From Guillardia theta CCMP2712 (Eukaryota > Protista > Cryptophyta): a stretch of DNA of 64,000 nt. This document shows positions 1 to 13,627 of the stretch, one piece after another. The notes under the pieces are model-generated. The model saw nothing but the letters and a program-made list of their open reading frames with translations, was not told where the DNA came from and ran no database searches. The position numbers and the translations under genes are program-made. Where the stretch lies: contig NW_005434596.1 in NCBI RefSeq assembly GCF_000315625.1, forward strand, positions 273,009 through 337,008, written 5' to 3'. Position 1 is the stretch's first letter; every line of letters starts with the position of its first letter.

Positions 1-972
1 CTGCGAGTATGCAACTACGTCAACTTCTTCCTGTCCTACGTCGCGATCATGGATATGTTCTATTGCCCCGTAGAATACAAGAAGGTTGTCATTTACAGCT
101 ACTACAAGAACGATGCCATTCTCAACTTTGGTTTCATCGTGTTCACGGTCTTTATTCTGAAGCACTTTGTTCCGAATCTGTCGAGCATTGAGAACGAGAA
201 GAAGAGACTAGCCTACAGGAAGAAGTATCTCTTCAGAAGCCCTCCCGTCTCGATTCTGTGGTTCATCATCCTTTGCACGAGCTTGTGGGGAATGTACGCT
301 TACGACGAAGACAACGACGAGAACTTCCCCTACCGATGTGCTTGCATCTTGTTCTACTATCTGAGCATCGCGCAACTGCGACGCTCCGTGTTCTATGTGA
401 TGTACAGCAACAAGAATAGTGAGTACATGCAAGCCATCTGGAATACTAGCGGAGTATTCAAAACGTTGCGCAAAAGCACCTCACAATACTATGTGTGCCA
501 CGTGAGCGAATGCACGGCCAGTTTCTGTGCCAATGTCTTCGCCACCACTCTCGGGCCTCGGTACATGGTCGTCATCGACGATACCAACCCGATCAAGGTC
601 ATCTATTGCATCTACTGGAAGAATGGCACCACCATGAGAACGAATCTCTTTGGCACTTACAAAGATCAGGTCAAGGTAAAAACCCGCATCCTGCCCATCA
701 GTGGACTGCGGGCGGTTGAAGTTGAGCTATTCGATGCCGATCCAAAGAACCAGACTTTCTACCTCCCTCGCAGAGGCCAACATGAAACTCCAAACGGCAT
801 CTGCAAGGCATTGATCGTTAAGCTTGGATCCCCCGACGCCAGTTTCACCATCTCCAAGTTGAAGACTGGAAAGAGCATGCAGGAGCTGAACGTGAATGTT
901 ATGTTCAGTGCCTACTTCATGTTTGATGATAATCCATATTGGAAGCAAGTGATCCAGTTCAACACTCTCTAA
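1..972 (+). CDS. Intronless hypothetical membrane protein, 5'-truncated by the window edge (possibly virus-derived)
   Basis: Frame 1 is open from base 1 (LRVCNYVNFFLSYVAIMDMF...) to TAA 970-972. It has several hydrophobic segments (AILNFGFIVFTVFIL, SILWFIILCTSLWGM) and C/G-ending codons. No family recognised. Confidence 0.6.
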   Translation: MRVCNYVNFFLSYVAIMDMFYCPVEYKKVVIYSYYKNDAILNFGFIVFTVFILKHFVPNLSSIENEKKRLAYRKKYLFRSPPVSILWFIILCTSLWGMYAYDEDNDENFPYRCACILFYYLSIAQLRRSVFYVMYSNKNSEYMQAIWNTSGVFKTLRKSTSQYYVCHVSECTASFCANVFATTLGPRYMVVIDDTNPIKVIYCIYWKNGTTMRTNLFGTYKDQVKVKTRILPISGLRAVEVELFDADPKNQTFYLPRRGQHETPNGICKALIVKLGSPDASFTISKLKTGKSMQELNVNVMFSAYFMFDDNPYWKQVIQFNTL

Positions 973-1101
973 AAGCCGCACCGAGCGGATCAAGGTAGAA
1001 GCTATGAAGGGGCCTGTAATTGGGATTCTCTGAGCTGTAATAAACGTCCAAATCTTATACCTGTCTCCCTGCACGATATATAGCGCACCGCAATTACGCA
1101 C

Positions 1102-1491
1102 TTGCATGCAGAGATGTCCATGAAATTGTACCTAGGTGATAAGCTTGACTTGGTCAAGGCAGATGATAAGATCGTGGTGGAGAACGTGGGGAGTGTGATC
1201 CTGAGCCTCGGGAAGGAATACGCCTTCCACGGCTTCGACATCAAGAAGAACGAAAGCGGCTACGTCCTCTCCGCCATGCCCTCCCCGCATTCCAACATAT
1301 CGCTGCTTGACCTGCAGATGATCAAGGACTGCAACCCGGTCAGGGTGCAGGACGTGTTTGTGAGCCTGTCGGAGGCGGGGCTGAGGGTGAGCGTGAATAT
1401 CCTGAGTTCCAACGTCCCCGTCATCCTCACGGAGACCGACGTTATCAGGGTGAAGAAGAGGAGGATATGGAATTTATTTCATAAACCCTGA
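1102..1491 (+). CDS. Small intronless hypothetical protein (~125-129 aa)
   Basis: Clean ORF with protein-like composition and strong GC3 bias. The start is probably ATG 1105, 1114 or 1120. Confidence 0.55.
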   Translation: MHAEMSMKLYLGDKLDLVKADDKIVVENVGSVILSLGKEYAFHGFDIKKNESGYVLSAMPSPHSNISLLDLQMIKDCNPVRVQDVFVSLSEAGLRVSVNILSSNVPVILTETDVIRVKKRRIWNLFHKP

Positions 1492-1495
1492 TACC

Positions 1496-1729
1496 TCACT
1501 GATGGAAGATCTCCTTGTGTGTGATGAACTTGGGAGGGTTTTTGCTCCTGAACCTCTCTATCACCTCTGCAACCTCCCACTTTGAGTTTCTCCAGGGGCA
1601 GGGGCAAAGGTGGTCCACCGGGCATCTCCTCTTCTGCAGCGGGCAGTAGATGCATCGCTTCGAGCGGGGGAAGAGGTTCGGATAGACCCTGCCCATCACC
1701 TTGCTCACCTCCTTGCTAAGCCTTTCCAT
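1496..1729 (-). CDS. Small Cys/His-rich basic protein (77 aa), possibly zinc-binding
   Basis: MERLSKEV...CIYC..C..HLCPC. It converges on the 1102-1491 ORF with a 4-bp gap, and the upstream region is AT-rich. Confidence 0.45.
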   Translation of the reverse strand: MERLSKEVSKVMGRVYPNLFPRSKRCIYCPLQKRRCPVDHLCPCPWRNSKWEVAEVIERFRSKNPPKFITHKEIFHQ

Positions 1730-1871
1730 TCACGTTTATTCATTACTGACTGTCCACGTACTGATTTTTAACTTAACTTTGAGTAAAAGATTCGCAGTAT
1801 GAGAGGGTGTCCAATAGCACGAGTCTAAATAGCATGTTTAAATATTGAAATTAAACCGTATATTTTTATAA

Positions 1872-2330
1872 TGGGCCGGAATGACTGGGCTCGGAGTCCG
1901 ACTCAGTGGCCCGACGGGCCCGCTGTGACAGTGTCCAACCGTCTGAACTGCGGCTGCCGTGCATTCAGTTATCATCGGACGGCCGCACAAACAATCCGGA
2001 TATTTTAACTGGTAGAACGTCGGGCAGAGCGACGGCCGGGCGCCGCCGGGGCCCGAGGGAGCCTCGGCCCGGAGCTAGTCACTGAGTACTGATGGAGCCC
2101 CAAAGGTTAAGCTAACCGGGAGATCGGCCTCATCGAGCTCGACCCGCCCCCCACCCCCTCCCCCCCCGGGCCCGGGTGATCGGACCCAGTATCACTGAGT
2201 AGTAGTGCCGCACTGAGTGACGTACCCCGGGCGAGGGTTTCAACGGCCAGCTCAGTAGGAACTCACAGTTGGGTGATGGAACGTGAAGTCCGATGCGGTT
2301 CCATGCGGTCAGCACGTACTAGGCTACGCC
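1872..2330. promoter_or_regulatory. GC/CpG-rich palindromic island in a divergent intergenic region
   Basis: Dense GGGCCC/CCGGG palindromes and repeated ACTGAGT/ACTCAGT. Similar islands occur at ~50065-50900 and ~58770-58890. Confidence 0.35.
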
Positions 2331-2499
2331 ATGATGAGCCAGAGATGAGAGGACGACAGCTGATAGTACAGCATGCTACGGCATGCCGCCATGATGATCT
2401 AAGTCTGGCTCAGTGAAGCCGCTGCTCAGCCGCTGCTGCTGCTGCTGCTGCTGTGAAGGAAGTTACCAAGGGAGGGGCTGGTGAACAGCAGCAAGGAAG

Positions 2500-5153
2500 A
2501 TGAGATGCTTTCCTACCACCGAGTGGAAGCACAACCCATTAAGCGCCCGCGAGCATGGTGCCCATGCCAGTGTGGAGGAAGACTGGCTCCTGACAGAGCA
2601 GCTGCAAGGGAAGAGGAAGACATACGCGTCGTCCTATGACGCCTCCTTCATCTTCGAACAACTTTGGAAGAAGAGGTTTTACGATCACAAGGGAAGGAAG
2701 ATCCTACCGAGGAGCTGTCCGGAAGTGAGGATTCCTGATACTGTGATCTTTAGAGGAGGATTTCCTGTGCAGTGGTACTTCCATTCCAAAGTGGACGGGA
2801 GGTTATTGAGGAAAAGGGTGGAGTCGATCACGGCACCGAGCATCCTTGAGGTGTTTCTTGATGGGGGGCAGGAGGAGAGCAGTATAGTTGCGCAGTTTAT
2901 AGGGATGCACAAGAAGAACAACAAGGTCATCAACAACATCGTTTACTTCGACAGCAAGAGCTTGCAGAAATTCCTGTTGGGGGAGAGCTATGCGATCGAC
3001 GGCTTCTTGCAGAGGTTTGTGGATGTTGAGCAGGAGATGTTCGACTTCCCCCATCACAACGTGACGATCTATAGCACCTGGTCTCAGTATGCCTGCAAGG
3101 CAGAGCACAGAGTGAGCAAGGTGAGGATGGACTCTGGCAAGCACCGCATGACAGAGAAGTTGGACATCAGTCCCACCAAGGTTGACGTCGAGCCCATTTC
3201 CAGCAGCACACGGTTACACAAGAAGATCGCGCGGCTGTGCCATGTCATCGCCGACCACATCCGAGCAACTTCGAACGACAGCACTGAGGTCACCAACATG
3301 ACTTGCTACTTCAAGATCGGAGCTCGCAAGAGGCTCTGGCTCCTTTGGGTCAGTTCCATCGCGGTCGGCGCCAAGTTCCAGGACGCGTTCGGGTACATAC
3401 AGTCCCTCAAGACTTTCACAGGAAGACACTCGCCCGAGCTCGTGTGCTCTGAGTTCGTTGGCGCGATCGACTACCGCGCCATTCACGAGAGCAAGCCGGA
3501 GGCGATATCCTCCTGCGCGCTGTGCAACGTGACGCAGGAGGAGAACAACGACTGTGCCTCGTACGCGATCTCATACCAGATGCTGTCCAAGTACGTCCAG
3601 AGGCAGCGGGAGAAGTGGATGGAGGAGAACCAGGAGCTGAGCATCAGCTCTCAGGTGGAGGAGGAATGGGGTCATGGAGACGCTCTGCTTGCCAACGTGA
3701 GGGTGCGAGCGAAGACGATCTTCACTTGCCTCAACGTCCTCTCGTCCAAGAGCATGGAGGAGTCCCAGCTCTGGTGGGGCCTCTTCGACCTCGGGTTTGA
3801 GCAGGCCGAGGTGGAGATGCTCTTCCAGCAGGTCGCTGAGCTGAGAAGGGAGAGAGGAGACAGACCGCCCCTCGGCAGCCATGGCGATACTGGAGGAGAG
3901 GGCAGGAGCAGCGCTGCTCTCGTGTCCTTGGACGAATTCGAGCATGCGCTGTCCAAGCTCGTCTTCTCGCTACCCAAGGAGCGAGGGCTCGTCCTAACCC
4001 GCAGCGCAGATAAGAGGCTGGAGATCGATGGGATGGACGACACTGCCCAGAGCGTCGGCTCGTCGGAGGACGGGAGCAAGGTCGGGGCCCACAGGAAGGA
4101 TGCTTCAAGGGCGGAGGCCAGGAAGCAGGACCAGCGCGCCCTCGTGCGGAACCTGCCGAACCTGGCGATGCGGCTGAGGGGTCGCATCAGTTTCAGCGAC
4201 CTGCGGAAGATCCTCTACTCGAGCTCGCTCGACAGCGACGCCGGCGCCAAGAAGATCTGGGTGTGCAGGAGCTGCGCCATGGCGTTCAACAAGGACGCGC
4301 GGGAGATGTTCGAGTGGAGCGAGGCTGTGCATGGGGAGAGGCTGCGAGTGCAGGCCAAGAGAAAGTTCAAGATGCTACAGCAGCTCGACGAGCTGACGGA
4401 CGCCCGTCTGCCGCACAGCTACCCCCTCCGAGAGCTCCCTGCCCTCTGCACCCCCCGCATGTACGAGGCTCTGCACTCGCACGCTTCCAGGGCGAGCAGG
4501 CCGGCGATCCCGCGAGGCGATACGGGAAGGAGCCTGTGGAGACAGAGGACTAGCGAGTCAAGGTAAGAGGAGGGAGCGGGGGTAGAGGTCTGATACCGCA
4601 TGCTCCCCAGCAAAACCGATCAATCCAGAGGACTGCCAGCCATCGGGTTGTCGGCTCAGGATGTGAATCGCATGAAGACTTCGGAGCTGGTGGGTTGAGG
4701 AGGAGGGGGAGGGAGGAGGAGGAGGGGGAGGGAAGGAGAGGGAGGGAGAAGGAGGAGGGGAGGAAGGGGGAGGAAGGAAGGGAGGAGAGGAGGGAGGAGA
4801 GGAGGAGGAGGGGAAGGAGAGGGAGGGAGAAGGAGGAGGGGGAGGAAGAAGGAGGAGAGGGAGGGGGAGAGGGAAGGGGGAAGGAGGAGAAGTGCAGGTC
4901 AGAAGAGAGGGAGCACGAGGGTGGACGAAGGAAGGGGGAGAAGAGGAGGAAAGAGATGGAGTGGGTGAGACGACGGAAGTCAGAGGAGGAAGAGGAGGTC
5001 GGGAAAGGGGCAGGGGAGGGGTGGGATGCTAACAAGGGTGTACAGGAAGACATCATGAACAAGCTCGGGTTGACCCCTCGTCGGCCGCAGCCGCTTGAGA
5101 GGAAACCGACGCTGAAACAGTCGAGAAGTATGAAACTTTTTCTTGATGCATGA
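2500..5153 (+). CDS. Hypothetical protein with a large first exon (688 aa ORF)
   Basis: Long ORF 2500-4566 with a donor at ~4563 (AG|GTAAGA). Probable last exon ~5045-5153 (EDIMNKLG...LFLDA*). Contains CALC and CRSC pairs and an EF-hand-like VSLDEF segment. Confidence 0.7.
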
Positions 5154-5187
5154 AGAAAAATTCTTGCGCCCCAGCAGTCCACCCACC

Positions 5188-6348
5188 TCACTTTCCCAGC
5201 TGAAGTTTGTGGGCCACCACACAGCTGGTGCTGAGCACGAAATCAGATGCGAGCAGAAGCTCTCGAGTTCCACCTGCAGTACTTGAACCCCAGCCTCTCG
5301 AAGGGCGCGCTGCTGGCCTTGACCTTGCACATCCTGCTGGGGAGTGAGCGAGTGGGAAGAGGATGAGGAGGCAGAGGAGGTCACAAAACGAGGACAAGGA
5401 CAAGGACAAGGACAAAGACGAGGACGAGGACAAGGACCAGGACGAGGACAAGGGCGAGGACAAGGACAAGGACAAGGACGAGGACGAGGACAAGGACGAG
5501 GACAAGGACAAGGACAAGGAGCGGGAGATCTTACTCGCACTCGAACTCGGGATGCTTGCTCGTCACGCCCAGCCGACGTTCAGCTGCAAGCGCTCGCAGC
5601 TCACGGTCACTGAGTTTGACCTGAGACTGGAAGGAGAGTGAGGGGGAGGAAAGAGGTGAGGGGGACGAGGGAGAACACCTCTTGTACAGCACGATTCTTC
5701 TCTTCCTCCTCCTTCTTCTGCTTCGCCTGCTCCTTCTTTCTGCGCTGCTAGAGAGTGAAAGGAATAAAGGTGACAGCGGATGGAAAACCTCCTGCTCTTT
5801 CTTCCGCTGCTTCTCCTTCTCCTTCTTCTCTGCAGCTGCAAGACGGTAACGGCCATGTACAGAGGAAAGGAAGAGGAGGGCAGGGGAGGCAGGGGAGGGA
5901 GGGGAGAAGGAGAACAACCTTTCTGTTTCTGCTGCTCCTCCATCTCGATCGTGAGCATGCTCGGAATCTGAAAGAGGAAGTGATCAGAGGAGATAAAAGT
6001 CAGAGCGGAAAGAATTCTGGAAGGAAAGGCAGTGAAGTTACTCAAGTGAGGAGACACGACAAAGAAAAGTCATCTCACAAGTGCAAACAGTGACTTTCTG
6101 CGGGTGAGGAGGAAAATCACAAGACGATGAGGAGGAGAAAAGGAGCATAGCGTATGAGAAACGTGCCATGTCGCCGAGCTAACCTGCGACTTTGAGTAAT
6201 CCCACTTGTCGGGTTCAGAGGCCCAGAATCTGACAAGGACAAAAACTATCAGAGCTCAGATCTTTCACTCTTCTCTTCCCTTGAGTTCCTCCTCCTGCTT
6301 CTGCTCCTGCTCCTGTTTCTGCTCCTCCTCCTGCTCTCGCTCCTGCTT

Positions 6349-6383
<35 letters not shown>

Positions 6384-7196
6384 TCTTCTCCTCCTCCTCG
6401 TCCTGCTTCTCCTCCTTCTCGTCCTCTGTTCAAGCTCTTGCCTCACCTGCGGAAGGCATCCCGCTCCTCCTTGCCCTTGCAGAGCTCGTAGGGGACCTGA
6501 GAAGAACCATCTGAGTCAGACAAGATGAGGTGAAGAGAAAAGAAGAGGGGAGGAGGGGAGGGGGAGAGGAAACGCGAGTTGGGCAGGATAGAGGAGGCAA
6601 AGGTAGAGTGGAGCAGAGGAGGGGAGGGAAGGGCAGGACAAGGAGGGGAGGGGAGAAAAGGGGATGTAGAGGGCAGAAGGGGAGAGGAGAGAAGGAGATG
6701 CAGAGGGCAGCAGGAGAGGGGAGAGGGCAGGCTAGCTTCAACCTTGCCGGATCCGTCTCGTTGGGTTGGATCGGCGCCGAGAGAGAGCAAGAAAGAGACC
6801 TGGTGCAACTTGTCAGGGCTGAACCAGACTTGACAGGTTTGACCATGCGAGCATGGCCGGCGAGGGAAGCACAATGGAGGGGAGAACGACGGTTAACAGG
6901 CTCAATGACGTTGATAGCGCTCTCATCTGCGTTCCTTAGGTCAACGGGCCACAAGGTTGACTCTTTGAAGATGAATTTTCAAAACCAAGGAGGAGATTTT
7001 GTGGGGAGTGAGGAATTTTGCCGTGGAGGTTTGAATCTTGCCAGAGGCGGAGCTTCTTACCTTGATGGACTAAAGCTCTGATCGCAGGTTCGTCCCTCTG
7101 ACCCGCGAATTCATAAAGATTGCCAGCCACCACCACCACCACAACCACTTCCTCCTCCGCCTCCACCTCCACCACCTCCATCTCCTCCTCCTCCTC

Positions 7197-7227
<31 letters not shown>

Positions 7228-9710
7228 TCCACCACCACCACCACCACCATCATCATCATCTCCACCACCACCACCACCACCACCATCATTATCACATCGT
7301 CATCACCACCACCTCCTCCTCCTCCACCGCCCTCAGTCTGCATGCATCTCCATCAAACACCCCACACCTTGGAGACGAGAGAGAAGATAGCAGGTTCATT
7401 CAGTCTTTCCTCCTCCACAGACCTTGTCCCAGTCAGCCTTCAACCACCTCCACCTTCACCGCCAACTTGCACCTCGTGGCAACAGCAGCCGCTGGAGCAG
7501 GAGGAGCTTTCTTCACTCTCACCTTGCGCACCATCACCTGCCTTCGAACCTCCGACACCTCCTGCAGGCTCTGCCACCAAGTCGTCACGCCAGGCTTGAA
7601 GGAGCAAGACCATGATGATGCAGACCATGATGATGTGGTGGACTCGATCGACTTCTTTGAGGACGGGGCGTCTTGTAGGAAACGGAACTGACGTCTCACT
7701 CAGCAACCGCAAACAAGAAGGTGTTGGGACCATGACGGATCCTTGGGTCGTCCTTCCTGACCACCTGACAACCGAAGATGGAGTTCCTGTTGACGATGCC
7801 GGGAGCAAAGACGAAGATCAACAAGCAATCGTCCAAGTCTGCGGATAGAGTCAGGGAAGTCATGGGAGGAAGCGATGGAGAAAGGTACCCTGTTTCCACG
7901 ATGACAGCAAGTCAGAGATGTCTTTTTCGAGCATCTGCTCGTTGTATCTCCTCAAGCTGATATCAAACCATTTCATCGTCACTCTCATCATCATCACAAG
8001 TGGGTGGAAAGGAAACCTTGACCCTGCTGACTTGGGCACGCTCGATCCCCCCATTGCGTCTCTTGTAGCCTGATAACGACAAGTGAGAAAGCAGGAGAGG
8101 AGAGGACAACAAAGACGAGATGAGACAGAGAGCAAGCAGAAGCATTCTTCCCCTCTTTGTCTTCTTGTCTTTACCTGCCTTGTTCCAGCTTTGGCACGGA
8201 TGACATATCTATCGATGTATTGATGAGCAACAACATGGACAAAGTTACTTTGATGTAAGAGACCTTTGAAATGTCTTGTGGCGCAAACATTCGTCTCCTT
8301 TGTAGATCTGACCATCAGGTTAGTCAAACAGCTCAAGTCTCCTTGCAGCACCCTACACAGGCTGCAAAATGTCCTCCACTGGCGAACAAGTATGCAATCT
8401 TTTCAAAGCTCTAAGTTATGACATTGCGGAGGCAAACAAAACGACCTTTCGCTTTCGGAGCTCAATCAGCAGTTCCCCAATATTCACATCCTGGCAAGTG
8501 GCACATCAAGAGAGGAAGGAAGGTGACAACATCAGGCTTGCCTCCTGATCTTCTCCTCCCTTGTTGACTGGGAGCAAGACACGAAAGATGCCAAGTTTCT
8601 GGTTCCCATACTCCTTGGCAAGGTTTTGGGGAAGGTCAACAGGTACGATGTTGGATCTTCATCAGTGGATGTCAGCATCCTCACCATGAGAACAATCTCA
8701 CAACTTCTCCCATCTTCGTTCTGCCTCCTCGTCCTCTTCCCAGTCATCCTGCGAAATCCCCATCTCTCGCTATCAAAACCATCAGCATGGCGGTCTACCC
8801 CCTAGGCGCAGACCTGAGCCTGCAGAAGCTCTCGCAGCTCCTCCTCCTGCCAACGAAGCTGACTCATCATGCTGACACCACACGGGTGCCTCCTCCTCTC
8901 CTCACATCGTCCTCCGAGTACTCGCTCTCTGATCCGGAGCTGCTCTCTGCGTCCTGCCCATGGCTAGTCAAGAAACAACCGCCCGCCTCGTGCATCGCGA
9001 CCTGAAGCTCGTCCGACAGCTTTTTGAACTCTTCTTCATCCACAGCATCAAGGCCGCGGGTGATCCGAATCAGGTTGAAGCGATGCCAGCCGCTCTTATA
9101 GTGATCTGCAAGCTCTTCTCTGCCATGAATCGTTCACTATGTGTGCTTGCGCTTTGTTTTGATCTGACTTGCAACCTTTTCACTCTCCTGTTCCTTCCAG
9201 TCCCTCACTACTTCTACCCCCACCCCACTCTTCTCCCTATTCTTCCCTCTCCCCTCCCCTGTTCTCCCTATCCCGCCCCCCCCTCATTTCCCTTGCTGTC
9301 GCATCTGGAGCCTTACCTCGTGGCAAACACTACACCAGGAGCTGTCCTGGAGGTTATGCCGGCGCTGGTCTCGTCGTCCCCATCATCTGCTCACACGATC
9401 AGATCCCCAGCGAGGCAACAGGAGCACAGGCTCCTACTAGCTTCTGCATCTGTTACACCTTCCCTCCTCCACTTCTCCTCTCCCTCTGCTTCGCAAACCA
9501 CCCTCACAATCCACAAACTGTACAGAAATCGCAGACCCACACACCTTTCTTGGCTCCAGTTTGAGCAGATCCATGGCTGTCGTGCGCTCCGATCTCTCCC
9601 ATTCCCTCCCTCCCTTCCTCTCTCATCTCTTCCTCCTGCCATGGCTTCTCATCGCGCCGGCGTATCAGCGCCGCATCCTCCTCCCGCATCGCCAGGAACG
9701 AGCGCATGGC
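5188..9710 (-). CDS. ANKZF1: ANKZF1/Vms1 tRNA-cleaving ribosome quality-control factor (multi-exon)
   Basis: Spliced motifs in order: ELADHYKSGWHRFNL (zinc-finger remnant); RYVIRAKAGTRQ and PKSAGSSLRRYNEQML (VLRF1 domain with catalytic Gln); SPLHCASLAGH..LLSLGADP (ankyrin); DAFRRFWASEPDKWDYSKSQIPSMLT; RELRALAAERR (VIM); C-terminal CARC...YCSTSCVVAH. The 5' end is approximate. Confidence 0.9.
5390..5521. repeat. Hexamer microsatellite (GGACAA/GGACGA)n in an ANKZF1 intron
   Basis: Tandem hexamers are directly visible. A similar tract lies at ~42483-42612. Confidence 0.85.
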
Positions 9711-10172
9711 AGGATCCCTACAAAAAGTGTGGTGCACTGGGGGTGGAAACGGTAACTAAATACTTTACTCAACAATCTTTACTCAACAACCTGGCTCTAG
9801 ATTTGGCAGGACCTCATGTAAATATCTTAGAAGCCCACTTAGAGAATCAGCCACCTTGACCAGGGTACCCAAAGGGAAGTTTCAGAACTCGCATCCAAAA
9901 AATAGGATGCATTTATACTTTGTATTTGATCAAATCAAGTTTAGGAGGATCATTTCAAAAATAAACTCAAAACTAGCCTGAAAGGTGAAGGGAGCTTTGA
10001 CAGGTTTGATCTTTGCGATATGATACCGAACACAGGGCGCAGAGTAGAAGAGGAGGAGCAGTAGGAAGAGGAGGAGGAGGAGGAGGAGGAGGAGGAGAAG
10101 GAGGAGGAGGAGGAGGAGGAGAAGGTGAAGCAGGGAGATCAACAAGTGACTGAGCTATCGCAACCATTTGAG

Positions 10173-13341
<3,169 letters not shown>

Positions 13342-13627
13342 GGTGGAATGGAGGAGGAGGAGCGGGTTTCACAGGAGGAGCTGGCAGAGGGAGGAGGAGG
13401 AGGAAGAGGAGGAGGAGGAGGAGAAGGTAATGGGAATGTAGCCTTGTGAAATGTTGTGCAAGGATGAGTTGGAACAATCCAATTGTTGCTCCTCATCCCC
13501 GCCCCTCTCCATCTCCTCTCACCCGCTTCATCCCCATCCCCATCCCACAACGAGACTTCACTATCACAAGTGTTCACTCATTCATAAATTCATCCTCCTC
13601 CTCCTCCGTTCCTTGTTCTTCTTCTCT

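Noticed and set aside
4550-7600. Many Ser/Pro/Leu- or Glu/Gly/Arg-rich ORFs
   Set aside because: Translations of purine/pyrimidine-tract introns in ANKZF1 and its neighbour.
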